Positions 18,784 through 28,220 of a stretch of 64,000 bases of DNA are shown one piece after another. The first letter of the stretch is position 1. Each line of letters begins with the position of its first letter. This stretch comes from Planctomycetota bacterium (lineage in GTDB: Bacteria > Planctomycetota > B15-G4): NCBI GenBank assembly GCA_038212275.1, contig JBBQUR010000003.1, forward strand, positions 160,001-224,000. Reading direction: 5' to 3'. Below the pieces are notes generated by a model that had not been told where the DNA came from, ran no database searches, and was given only the letters and a program-made list of their open reading frames with translations. The position numbers were made by a program, and so were the translations under genes.

Positions 18784-20130
18784 ATGGACCTCAGCAAGTT
18801 CCTTGAGCGCGCCGAGGCTGCGCTGCGCAAGCGCATGCCCGAGCAGGCCATCACGCTCTACCGGCAGATGCTGGTCGCCTCGCCGGGCCACGGCGGGGCG
18901 CGCGCGGGTCTCATGACGGCGTATCGCAAGCGCGCCGAGCTGAAGGGCGGCCCGTCCATCATCGACAAGGCGGCGGCGCGCTCGATGTATGCGGCGGCGC
19001 TCGGACTGCGCAGTTCGGGGCGACACCTGGCCGTCGTGCGGAGCTGCGACCTCGGCCTGGAGCGCGACCCCAACGACACCAACCTGGCCTCGCTGCTCGG
19101 CGACGCCCTGGAGGCGCTCGGCCACAAGGAAGAGGCGCTGGCCGCGTGGCTCTCCATGCTCGAGGCCGATCCGAAGTGCCTGCCGGCGCTGAAGGCTGCC
19201 GCGCGCCTGCACTACGCGGTCAAGCAGATCCCGCAGGCGATGGAGTGCCTGGACCGCGCCCACGCGCTCGACCGCAACGACCCGGAGGTGGAGCGCCTGC
19301 GCAAGAACCTGGCCGCGGAGGGCACGCTCGCGGCCAGCAACTACACGACGGCCACGTCCTCGCGCGACGTCATCCGCGACAAGGACTCGCTGCGCCGCAA
19401 CGAGCAGAGCCAGCGCCTGCAACGCAGCGCCGACACGCTGGACCAGGACATCGATGCGCTGACGGCCCGGCACGCCGAAGACCCGGCCAACTCCGACCTG
19501 CGCCGCCAGCTCGTGAAGTCGCTGCAGGAGGCGGGACGCGCCGACGAGGCCGAGAGCCTGCTCGTCGCGGCGCTGGAGCGCGCCCCCGGCGACGAGGCCG
19601 TGCAGGACGCGCTGGGCGACTGCCGGCTGGCCCGCAACGAGGCCGCGCTGAAGGCCGCCCACGCGGCCGGCGACAGCGCCGCCGAGCAGCGCCTCCGCGA
19701 GGAGCGCACGGCGCTGGAGATCACCGAGTTCGAGCGGCGCGTGCGCTTCGCCCCGGGGGACGGCGCGCTGCGCCTGCGCCTCGCCCGGGCCCAGTACCGG
19801 GCCGGCGGCCCGGCTGCCACGGACCGGGCCATCGAACACTTCCAGGCCATCGTCGCGGACCCGCGCTACCTGCTCGATGCGCGGCAGGGGCTCGGCGCCT
19901 GCTTCTTCCGCAAGGGTCTGTACCCGCTGGCGGCCCGGCAGTTCGAGGGGGCGCTGGCCGCGAGCGGCGGCCTCGGCAGCGACCGCGGCAAGGAGATCTG
20001 CTACCATCTCGGGCTTGTCTGCGAGCGGCAGAATGACCGCTCGGGAGCCGCGGCCCGGTACCTGCAGATCTACGAAGTGGATATCAGCTACCGGGACGTC
20101 GCTGCCAAGATCGAAGCACTGAAGACCTGA
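18784..20130 (+). CDS. Tetratricopeptide-repeat protein
   Basis: Repeated TPR-like helical pairs (e.g. LGDALEALGHKEEAL, LGACFFRKGLYPLAARQF, YHLGLVCE); ATG at 18784. Confidence 0.88.
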   Translation: MDLSKFLERAEAALRKRMPEQAITLYRQMLVASPGHGGARAGLMTAYRKRAELKGGPSIIDKAAARSMYAAALGLRSSGRHLAVVRSCDLGLERDPNDTNLASLLGDALEALGHKEEALAAWLSMLEADPKCLPALKAAARLHYAVKQIPQAMECLDRAHALDRNDPEVERLRKNLAAEGTLAASNYTTATSSRDVIRDKDSLRRNEQSQRLQRSADTLDQDIDALTARHAEDPANSDLRRQLVKSLQEAGRADEAESLLVAALERAPGDEAVQDALGDCRLARNEAALKAAHAAGDSAAEQRLREERTALEITEFERRVRFAPGDGALRLRLARAQYRAGGPAATDRAIEHFQAIVADPRYLLDARQGLGACFFRKGLYPLAARQFEGALAASGGLGSDRGKEICYHLGLVCERQNDRSGAAARYLQIYEVDISYRDVAAKIEALKT

Positions 20131-20187
20131 CCACACTGCGCCCACGGCTCTGCGACAGCGAGCCGCGCGGCCCCTCCGAGGAAGCGA

Positions 20188-20451
20188 ATGCCCACCAGCC
20201 TCTCTGCATCCAAGCGCGTGCGCCAGAACGAGAAGAAGCGCCTCGCCAACCGCAACAAGACGTCGGCCCTGAAGACCGCCATCAAGCGCCTCGACAAGGC
20301 CGTGGCTGCGGGCAACAAGGACGAGGTCAAGAAGGCCGTCGCGGTCGCCTACAAGAAGATCGACAAGGCTGCCGAGGCGCACGTGATGCACAAGAACACG
20401 GCCGCGCGGCGCAAGTCGCTCGTGGCGCGCAAGGCCGCCGCCCTCAAGTAA
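20188..20451 (+). CDS. rpsT: 30S ribosomal protein S20
   Basis: SASKRVRQNEKKRLAN, IDKAA and HKNTAARRKS motifs; 87 aa. Confidence 0.97.
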   Translation: MPTSLSASKRVRQNEKKRLANRNKTSALKTAIKRLDKAVAAGNKDEVKKAVAVAYKKIDKAAEAHVMHKNTAARRKSLVARKAAALK

Positions 20452-20479
20452 GGCGTCCCGGCGCGGCGCGGCCCGCACC

Positions 20480-20513
20480 GACACGACCGCCTCGAGGACG
20501 ACGGCGGTCTGTC
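20480..20513. terminator. Hairpin between convergent rpsT and prenyltransferase-like gene
   Basis: GACCGCC (20485-91) pairs with GGCGGTC (20503-09), extended by GACA/TGTC. Confidence 0.35.
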
Positions 20514-22101
20514 AGTGCGCGCCCATCACGGTGGCGTAGCGGGAGTAGACCTCCAGCGTCAGTGCCAGGATTGCGGTCGAGTAGACCCGTCCCCCGGTGC
20601 TGCCCCACGGGTCGGGCTGAGGGTCCCAGCTGCCGCGCCGCTCGCCTTCCTTGTGCTGATGCCCGGCGATGGCCGGCAGGAGCGCCCGCTCCCAGGTCTT
20701 CCACGCGTCGCCGCCGACCTGGAAGAGCGCATAGCTGCCGTAGTACCAGAAGTAGAAGTCGCGCCGGCCCGGGAGCTCGTCGCTCCACAGCGGCGGCAGC
20801 GCGGCGATGGCGGCCGCGCCGCGCTTGACCATCTCCTGGTCGCCGGGCGCCTTCAGGTCCGGGTCCGCGAAGATGCGGCACAGCACGCCCACGGCCGTCA
20901 TCGACTGGCTCTGCGCGGCGGGCCACAGCGCCTCGCTGCCGGCCTCGCGCGCGGGGCGGCCTCCGCGGCTGGTGTAGCCGGTGATGCCGGTGTCCGGGTC
21001 CGTCATCTCGTCCAGGAAGGCCAGCGCGTCGCCAAGCGCGCGCTCGTCGATGCGCAGGCCGTACTTCTTCGCCACGGTCAGTGTCAGGATGGCCCAGCCC
21101 GTGACCGACATGTCGTTGGGCGTCGTGCTCATCTCGGGATGGAAGGGCCGGTAGCGCCACGCACCGCCCGGATTGCGGAGCGACGCGAGGTGCGCGAGGC
21201 CCCGTTCAGCCGGCGCGCGGAAGCGGAGGTCGCGGCCGGAGAGTTCCCAGACCTCCACCAGCGCGAGCGTCGCCAGCACGTGGTCGTAGGTGGATTGCGC
21301 CGAGGTCGGTGAGCCGAAGTTTCCGTCGGGCTGCTGCACGTTGACGAGGAAGCGCAAGCCATCGCGCACGGTGCGTGCGTGCTCGCCGTGGCGGTCCGTC
21401 TGACCGGCGCCCAGGAAGGCCAGCAGCGCGAGGCTGCTCACGCCGACGTCGAAGGCCGGACTGCCGGCGCCGTCGCAGAGCGTGTCGGCGCCGCGGTGGC
21501 CGCACTGCTCGTCGAAGGCGGCGCACGACCAGTGGCCGTCCGGCGACTGATGAGCCGCCAGCCACGCGAGCGCATCGGCGACCGGGCCGGCCACACGCGC
21601 GTCCGGCGCACCGCGACGGTGCGGGCCGCCGCCGCCGCCGTCGCCCTGGTTCAATCCACCGTCACCGGCGCCCAGCACGGAGTTGAGCCCGGCGCTGTCC
21701 CCGCCGCCGCCGGGAGGGGAATCGTCGGCCGCGTCACTGGCCGACTCGGTGTCGGGGGACGGCTGCTCGGTCAGCGTCGGGTCCTCGATCCGCGTGAGGT
21801 TCTCCTCGATGAGGCGCGGCTCGACGAGCGGCTCGAGCTGCGGCAGCAACTCGACATCGGGCAGCCGCTCGGCCACGAGCACGCGCGCGACCTGCAGCGA
21901 GGGCGCGGGCGCCGAGGTGGCGAAGGCCAGCAGCAACACCGCGTGCACGATGAGCGAGACGACGAGATACGGCGACTCGCGCAGCAGCTCGCGCAGCGCG
22001 TCCTCCAGGCTGCGCGGCGTCTGTTCCGCCGCGTGCAGGCCGTGCGCCTGCGTCTGTGCCGAGTCTCGACGGAGGACGTGCGAGCCGTGTTCGTGTGCCA
22101 T
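20512..22101 (-). CDS. Membrane-anchored prenyltransferase/squalene-oxidase-repeat (alpha/alpha barrel) protein, paralog 2
   Basis: TM helix SPYLVVSLIVHAVLL, acidic/Gly linker, QW-like repeats (WLAAHQSPDGHW, LVNVQQPDGNF, GAWRY, GSWDP). Confidence 0.88.
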   Translation of the reverse strand: MAHEHGSHVLRRDSAQTQAHGLHAAEQTPRSLEDALRELLRESPYLVVSLIVHAVLLLAFATSAPAPSLQVARVLVAERLPDVELLPQLEPLVEPRLIEENLTRIEDPTLTEQPSPDTESASDAADDSPPGGGGDSAGLNSVLGAGDGGLNQGDGGGGGPHRRGAPDARVAGPVADALAWLAAHQSPDGHWSCAAFDEQCGHRGADTLCDGAGSPAFDVGVSSLALLAFLGAGQTDRHGEHARTVRDGLRFLVNVQQPDGNFGSPTSAQSTYDHVLATLALVEVWELSGRDLRFRAPAERGLAHLASLRNPGGAWRYRPFHPEMSTTPNDMSVTGWAILTLTVAKKYGLRIDERALGDALAFLDEMTDPDTGITGYTSRGGRPAREAGSEALWPAAQSQSMTAVGVLCRIFADPDLKAPGDQEMVKRGAAAIAALPPLWSDELPGRRDFYFWYYGSYALFQVGGDAWKTWERALLPAIAGHQHKEGERRGSWDPQPDPWGSTGGRVYSTAILALTLEVYSRYATVMGAH

Positions 22102-22187
22102 GCCACGGCTCTAGGCACACATGCGGCGCAGGCAACGCAAACGGGCGCGCTGTCACGCGGAACGGGACGCCGCCGCGCGGCGCGAAC

Positions 22188-23753
22188 TCAGTGCGCGCCG
22201 ATGACCGACTCGTAGCGGTAGAAGACCTCTAGGGTCAGGCAGAGGATCGCCGTCGAGTAGACGCGCCCGCCTTCGCTGCCCCACGGATCGACCTGCGGAT
22301 CCCAGCTTCCCTGCAGCTCGCCTTCCTTGTGCTGATGGTCCGCGATGGCGGGCAGCAGGGTCTTCTCCCACTCCTTCCACGGCTGCTTGCCGTACTGGTA
22401 CATGGCGTAGGTGCCGTAGTACCAGAAGTAGAAGTCACGCCGGCCGGGCAGGTTGTCGTTCCACACCGGGGGCAGCGCGGAGATCGCCTTGATGCCCAGC
22501 TCGATCATCTCCTTGTTGCCGGGACGCTCGAGCTTCGGGTCCGCAAAGATGCGGCAGAGCACGGCGACGGACGTCATGGACTGGGTGTCCGCGAGCGGCC
22601 ATTGCACATCCTTGCCGAAGCCGCGTGCGGCGCCGCCGCCCCGCGCGTAGTAGCCCGTGATGCCGCTGGTCGGGTCGGTCATCTCCTCGACGAAGAGCAA
22701 CGCGTCCTCGAGCGCGGCAGGTTCGAAAGGCAGGCCGTACTCGTGGGCCAGCGTCATCGCCAGGATGGCCCAGCCGGTCACCGACACGTCGTTCGGGTGC
22801 GCGGCCATCTCCGGGTGCGTGGCGGCGTAGCGCCACGCGGCACCCTTGTTGCGCAATCTGTACATGAAATTGAGCGCGTTCTTGGCCGGCGTCTCGAACA
22901 GGTGGTTCTTGGTGAGCGCGTAGGCCTCGACCATCGCCAGCGTGGCAATGATGTGGTCGTAGGTGTACTGGCCGAACTGCGCGTTGCCGAAGTTGCCGTC
23001 GGCCTGCTGGACCTCCACGAGGTAACGAAGCCCTGCCTTCACGGTCTTGGCGTACTTGCCTGTCTTGTCGGTGTTGTCGGCGCCGAGGAAGGCGAGCAGC
23101 GAGAGGCCGGTGCAGCCGACGTCGAACTGCGGGATGCCCGTGCCGTCGCAGATCGTGTCGTCGCCCTGCTTGCCGCACTCCTCGTCGAAGGCGGCGCACG
23201 ACCAGTGGCCGTCGTCGCTCTGGTGGTTCTTCAGCCACTTGAGCGCGTCGTCCACGGCCTTGTTCAGCGGCTCGCCGCCCGCCTTGCCGCCGCCCTTGCG
23301 GCGGCCACTCAGCTTGCCGAAGCCCGCGCCGCCGCCGCCGCCGACGCCGATCACGTCATTCAGGCCCGAGTTCTCGAACTCGCCCTTGCCCTGGTAGATG
23401 TCTTCCGAAGGGTCGACCTCGTCGTTGGTCTCGGTGGCGTCCGTCTCCGAAATCGTCGGCTCCTCGACGATCACCTTCTCCTTCTCTTCGGGTGGCGGCG
23501 GGGGTGGCGGCGGAGGCGGCAGCGCCTCGGTCGGGACCTCGTTGCTCGCCTTGATGATCTGCGTCGGGGCCTTCTTCGGGCCGTCGCTTCCGGAGGCGAA
23601 AGCGATCAGCAGCACCGCGTGGATGAGGATGGAGATGACGAGATACGGCGAGTCCCGCAGCAGTTGCCGCAGCGTGTCCTCGAAGGTCGCGGCCTCGGGA
23701 TGACCCGGGTTGTGGCTGTGCTGGGAGACCAGCTCGGGAATCGCATTGGCCAC
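22188..23753 (-). CDS. Membrane-anchored prenyltransferase/squalene-oxidase-repeat protein, paralog 1
   Basis: Same architecture; poly-Pro linker; WLKNHQSDDGHW, YFWYYGT, GGRVYSTA motifs; GGAG before GTG start. Confidence 0.88.
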   Translation of the reverse strand: MANAIPELVSQHSHNPGHPEAATFEDTLRQLLRDSPYLVISILIHAVLLIAFASGSDGPKKAPTQIIKASNEVPTEALPPPPPPPPPPEEKEKVIVEEPTISETDATETNDEVDPSEDIYQGKGEFENSGLNDVIGVGGGGGAGFGKLSGRRKGGGKAGGEPLNKAVDDALKWLKNHQSDDGHWSCAAFDEECGKQGDDTICDGTGIPQFDVGCTGLSLLAFLGADNTDKTGKYAKTVKAGLRYLVEVQQADGNFGNAQFGQYTYDHIIATLAMVEAYALTKNHLFETPAKNALNFMYRLRNKGAAWRYAATHPEMAAHPNDVSVTGWAILAMTLAHEYGLPFEPAALEDALLFVEEMTDPTSGITGYYARGGGAARGFGKDVQWPLADTQSMTSVAVLCRIFADPKLERPGNKEMIELGIKAISALPPVWNDNLPGRRDFYFWYYGTYAMYQYGKQPWKEWEKTLLPAIADHQHKEGELQGSWDPQVDPWGSEGGRVYSTAILCLTLEVFYRYESVIGAH

Positions 23754-23863
23754 GACACATCTCCGGGGACGGCGCCGGTTTCGGGAGTCCCGGCGGGGAC
23801 CGAACTCGGAAGTCTAGGCAGACTCGGGAGACTTGGCAACACCGCCGCCACCCGGCGAGTCGT

Positions 23864-24889
23864 TCAGGGGAGATCTTCGGACAGGGGTGGAGGCGTCACG
23901 TCGGCCGGCACCTTCAGGGGCGACGGGGGCGCCGGGGGCTCGCCTGCGAAGAGGTCCGTCGGCCAGAAGGTCGCGTGCTGCGCAAGGTCGACGATGAGGT
24001 TGCGGCGCGCTTCGGCGAGCAGCTCGTTCTGGAGCAGGCGGCGCAGCCGCTCCTGGCTCTCGGCGAAGGTCGTGGGCCGGCCGGACTGGCGCCCCGTCAC
24101 CTGGACGACGAGCGTGCCCTCCGTGGCTTCGATGATGCGCGTGGTGCCGGACGGCGCGTCGGTGAGAAAGGTCGCCACGTCCTCGGGGAAGAGGCCGCGC
24201 AGGGACGGCATCGCGTAGCTGCGGTGCAGGGGCACGATGAGCGAGGGCGGCCCGCCCGGCTCCAGCGACGCCAGCACCGTCCGGGCGCCGGCCTGGTCGG
24301 TGCAGGTGTACACGTCGCAATCCACGGTGTCGGGCATGTCGAAGTAGGCGCGATTGGCCGCAAAGGCCTCGCGCAGCTGCGACGGCGTGACGGTCACCAG
24401 GCGCACCATGAGCGGGTCCGGCGCGATGAGGCGTACGTATTCGGTGCGCATGCCCACGCGATGCATCAGGTAGAGCTCGGCCAGCGCCGCGCGGCGGGCC
24501 AGGGTGCGTTGCCGCTCCGCCGAGGTGCCCGTCTGCGTGGCCAGGGCGTCGTAGTCGGGCTTGCTGCCGCGGCGTCGCTCCCAGTACTCGTCGACGACGC
24601 GTTCGTCGAGCTTGACGCCCAGGCGTTCCAGTTCGGTGGCGAGCAGGATTTCCTCGGCGATGGAGCGCCGGGCGAGCTGCCGGGCCATCGCCGGGTCCAC
24701 CTCCGGGCGCTCATCCATGAGCAGGCGCGCGTAGCCGGCCACGTCCTCCGCAGTGATGGCCTCGCCGTTCACGATGGCGGGACGCTCGACCTTCGTGCCG
24801 CCGCCGCCCTGCGCGCGGGCGACCTCCGCCACGCAGAACAGGAGCGCGAGCGTCGAGAGCACGGCGGCGGAGTGGTGAGCGCGGAACAT
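23864..24889 (-). CDS. Exported SurA/PrsA-like chaperone (degenerate parvulin domain)
   Basis: Signal peptide; AIVNGEAITAEDV SurA-N-like start; VTPSQLREAF and TFAESQERLRRLL resemble the flanks of rotamase domains. Confidence 0.65.
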   Translation of the reverse strand: MFRAHHSAAVLSTLALLFCVAEVARAQGGGGTKVERPAIVNGEAITAEDVAGYARLLMDERPEVDPAMARQLARRSIAEEILLATELERLGVKLDERVVDEYWERRRGSKPDYDALATQTGTSAERQRTLARRAALAELYLMHRVGMRTEYVRLIAPDPLMVRLVTVTPSQLREAFAANRAYFDMPDTVDCDVYTCTDQAGARTVLASLEPGGPPSLIVPLHRSYAMPSLRGLFPEDVATFLTDAPSGTTRIIEATEGTLVVQVTGRQSGRPTTFAESQERLRRLLQNELLAEARRNLIVDLAQHATFWPTDLFAGEPPAPPSPLKVPADVTPPPLSEDLP

Positions 24890-24945
24890 CGGGATCCTCG
24901 ATCGATGGCGAGAAGGTACCGGAGACGGTGGGGCGCTGTCGCGTC

Positions 24946-26595
24946 TCAGTAGAACTCGATCCAGTCCACTTCGATGTGGAAGGGGCCGTAGGCGGGCGGA
25001 GAAAACGGGCTGTTGCGCGCCTCGAGGTTCAGTCCCGTGATGTCCGCGCCGGTCCAGGTCACGGGCTTGCCGTAGCCGATCTGCTGCAAGGCCTGGAAAG
25101 GCACCTCCGCGACGGCCCATTCCTCGGTCACGCTCAGCGGTGCGGCGAAGACGTTGAGGTCCTTCACGGCGGCGCACTGCACGCTGAGATTCCCGTCGCG
25201 CGGGGTGCCGCGCAGGCGGAGGCGCAGGCCGGTGGAGGCCGACGCATCCGCGAGCAGCTTGCGCTCGCCGTCCCACAGCACGGCGACCCCCGCGAACGCG
25301 CCCCACGCGAAGCCCTGCTCCAGCGAGCCCTGCACACGCAACCGGCCCCCCTCGGCGTCGTCGAGCCACGCCACGGAACAGGACGACTTGCCGCCGGGCG
25401 CCATGGAATCGGCATACGCCTCCCACGCACCGCTCCATCGTCCGAGGACTCCGGGCGCACCGGACGCACCGGGCGCACCGGGCGCACCGGACGCACCGGG
25501 CGCGTCGGACGCACCGGGCGCAGCGGGCGCACCGGGCGCACCGGACGCGTCGGGCGCGCCGGGGGCCGCGGCGGTCAGCGCCTGCGCCGGCGACAGTCCC
25601 GCCTCCACGTAGAGCTGCAGCTCGAAGAGGGCGGACGGCCCGTGCGGCGTGAACGGGTTGCCCGCGTCCGTGCCGAGGCCGATGGGGATGCCGGCGTCCG
25701 CGAGCCGCTTGAGGTTGGAGAGGCAGCGCGCTTCGCCGCCGTCCTTCAGCACGTCGACCATCGGGCTGGCGGCGAGCGATGCGATCTGCGCCGTGTCGTT
25801 CAGTGCCTCCACGATGGCCGGGTGCAGCACCTGCGCGACGAGCGCGCCTCCGTACGGCCGCGCGCCGGCCACGCTGCGTGCGCCGCCGAACACGACCGCG
25901 AGTGTCGGCACGTAGGCCGTGCCCTCGCGCTTCATCGCGTCGATGAGCGCGTCGTCCACCTCGCCGAGGAAGACGCCGTGCGCCAGCGCGCGCGCGTGCG
26001 CTGCCACAGCCGTCTTCGCCTCGTCCAGCGTCCACACGTGACAGAGGAGCGGGAGCTTCGCCTCGCGGGCCTGCGCGCCGACGGCGGAGAGCAGCTCCAG
26101 GTCGAGCGTCGGCATCGCGGGCAGGCCGCCCCAGTGGCCGTGTTCGACGACGGCCTTGATCGCGTCGGGCTGCAGGGGGAGCAGCGCGGCGAAGCGTGCC
26201 CCGACCTCCTCCTCGGAGGTCACGGTGTTGCTGATGTCGCCGCCGAACTGCGTGGGGTGGCCGCCGGGCGCGGTGAAGGCGGCGCCAGCGGCATGCAGCG
26301 TGGCGAGGTCGTCGTCGCTGCGCGAGGCCTCGCGCAGCGCGAAGATCGTTGCGGGGTCGGCGTGCAGGTCGAGCACGCGCGTCACGCCTCAGTCGAGCTG
26401 GCTGGTCAGGTTGTCGGACGGACTCACCGCCGCAGCGAGCTGGTAGCTGCCGCCCGGCACGCTGACGTGCGTGTGCAGATCGATGAGGCCGGGCAGCACG
26501 GTGCACCCCGTCGCATCGATGAGCATCGCGCCGGCCGGCGCCGCGCTTCCGGGAGGAAGCCGCTGCGCGATGCGCCCGTCGCGCAGCACGATGAA
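24946..26595 (-). pseudogene. Disrupted amidohydrolase fused to a CIA30/CBM11-like domain
   Basis: IVLRDGRI...TVLPGLIDLHTH...QLD*GVTRVLDL with in-frame TGA at 26389-26391. N-terminal strands missing. The usual C-terminal GxxADL segment is replaced by 9-bp repeats before WEAYADSMAPGGKS. Confidence 0.75.
25452..25563. repeat. ~12 copies of a 9-bp unit (GCACCGGGC variants) encoding (GAP/DAS)n
   Basis: Read directly. Confidence 0.9.
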
Positions 26596-26712
26596 CGGGA
26601 TGCCGAAGGCCGCATCGAAGTCTCCTGGGTAGGGATGCAGACTTTGCCATGCTGTCGTCACGTCGCGCGAGTGGCGAGAACGAGAGCATGCTGCACCAGC
26701 CGAGGAGCCCGC

Positions 26713-27936
26713 ATGGCACGCAGGACGATTCCCCCGATCTACGGCACGCTTCGCGACGAGGCGGAGCGGACCGCCTACGCGGATCTCATCGCGCAGTGCT
26801 TCGGCATGAGCGTGGACGAGGGCCGGAAGTGGCGCGCACGCACCGAGCCCGAGCGACTGCGCGGATGGCGTGACGCGCGCGGTCGCCTGCTCGGCGGCCT
26901 CAACCTGCTGCAGCTCGGGCAGTGGTATGGCGGGCGCTGCGTGCCGATGGGCGGCATTTCCGCGGTGGGCGTGCTGCCCGAAGCGCGCGGTCGCGGCGTC
27001 GCGCGCGCGCTCATGGACGCCGCCGTGCGGGAGCTGGCCGCCGCGGGCACGCCATTGTCCACGCTCTATCCGGCGACGACGGCGCTGTACCGGCAGTCCG
27101 GCTACGAGCTGGCCGGCAGCCGCTACGAGGTCAGTCTGGATCTGCCGCGGCTCAGGCTGCACGAGCGGCGCGCGCGTCTGCGGCCCGCCACGGCGGCCGA
27201 TGCGCCGGCCATCGAGGCGCTCGCCGCGCGCTACGCCGCGCTGCGCAACGGCCAGGCGCGGCGCGATGCCTATCTGTGGAAGCGCGTGCGTTCGCCCCGA
27301 GTCGGCGAGGCGACCGGCTACGTCGTGGAGGAGCGCGGCGCGATCACGGGCCACGTCTACGTGCAGCGGATGCCGCTGACGGGCGGCCACTACGATCTGA
27401 GCCTCACCGACGTCTGTGCGCTGGATGCGCCGGCCGCCCGCGCGATCCTCTCGTTCCTCGCCGGGCACGCGACGCTGGCCGACCACGCGCTCTTCGCCGG
27501 CTCGCCCGCCGACGCGCTGCTCGCCCTGCTGCCCGAGCGCCACTACGCCCTGCGCCTGCAGGACCCGTGGATGACCCGCATCGTGGACGTGCGCGGCGCG
27601 CTCCTCGCCCGCGGCTGGCCCACCGGCGTGCGCGCGGAACTGCTGCTGTCGGTCAGCGACGAACTGCTGACGGCAAACCACGGCCGCTTCCGCCTGGCCG
27701 TCTCGGGCGGCGAGGCCCGCGTCACGCGCCTGCCCGGCGCGAGAGCCGGCGGACCGAAGAGCGCGCGGGACGCCGCGCTCCACATGCACATCCGCGGTCT
27801 CGCGCCGCTCTACACCGGCCACATGTCGCCGCACGAGCTGGAACTCGCCGGCCTGCTCACTGGCCCGCCCGCGGCGCTGGACCTCGCCGCGACGCTCTTC
27901 GCCGGCCCCGCCCCGACCATGTCCGACATGTTCTGA
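26713..27936 (+). CDS. Eis-like GNAT acetyltransferase with C-terminal SCP2-like domain
   Basis: GAGGAG RBS; ISAVGVLPEARGRGVARALM, LYP...LYRQSGYE, WMTRIVDV..AL.ARGW; C-terminal SDMF. Confidence 0.9.
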   Translation: MARRTIPPIYGTLRDEAERTAYADLIAQCFGMSVDEGRKWRARTEPERLRGWRDARGRLLGGLNLLQLGQWYGGRCVPMGGISAVGVLPEARGRGVARALMDAAVRELAAAGTPLSTLYPATTALYRQSGYELAGSRYEVSLDLPRLRLHERRARLRPATAADAPAIEALAARYAALRNGQARRDAYLWKRVRSPRVGEATGYVVEERGAITGHVYVQRMPLTGGHYDLSLTDVCALDAPAARAILSFLAGHATLADHALFAGSPADALLALLPERHYALRLQDPWMTRIVDVRGALLARGWPTGVRAELLLSVSDELLTANHGRFRLAVSGGEARVTRLPGARAGGPKSARDAALHMHIRGLAPLYTGHMSPHELELAGLLTGPPAALDLAATLFAGPAPTMSDMF

Positions 27937-27986
27937 CCCCACGCGCCGGGGCAAGAAGCCTCACGGCGAGGTAGCGCGGCGCACTC

Positions 27987-28090
27987 GTGTGATGTTGAGG
28001 CACTGCCTGCACAAGACGCGGGCGGGCCGGTGGCTGGGCGTCGATGCGGGGAGTGCGGCGATTTGTAGAGGCACTGCCTCAACATCACAT
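27987..28090. repeat. 104-bp REPIN/MITE-like unit: two inverted partial copies (B, C) of the 35-bp palindrome family
   Basis: GTGTGATGTTGAGGCACTGCCTGCACAA (27987-28014) and TTGTAGAGGCACTGCCTCAACATCACAT (28063-28090) are near reverse complements; located between convergent genes. Confidence 0.8.
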
Positions 28091-28220
28091 GGCGGGCCGC
28101 GGGACCGTCGTCGTGTGGTCGGGGAAGGCCGGACTGTCGCGGCGGCAGGGGCGTGCGAGCGGGCGCGGGGCTTCGCGGCTCGCGGCTCTCGGCGCGTGGC
28201 TCGCGGCGCGTGGCGCGTGA

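Noticed and set aside
20512..23753. Squalene-hopene cyclase
   Set aside because: Single barrel with N-terminal TM anchor and no DxDD motif.
26355..26391. Selenocysteine recoding of the amidohydrolase TGA
   Set aside because: A small GCGTGC/GCACGC stem lies 11 nt downstream, but such stems are common at this GC content, the position is not a known catalytic Cys, and the gene has other lesions.
24928..26712. N-terminal extensions of ORF-track calls (Eis 1002 aa, LeuB 655 aa, TPR 717 aa, SurA-like 951 aa, MlaA 776 aa)
   Set aside because: The extensions overlap opposite-strand genes or promoter regions; homology and RBS or -10 signals point to the downstream starts used here.
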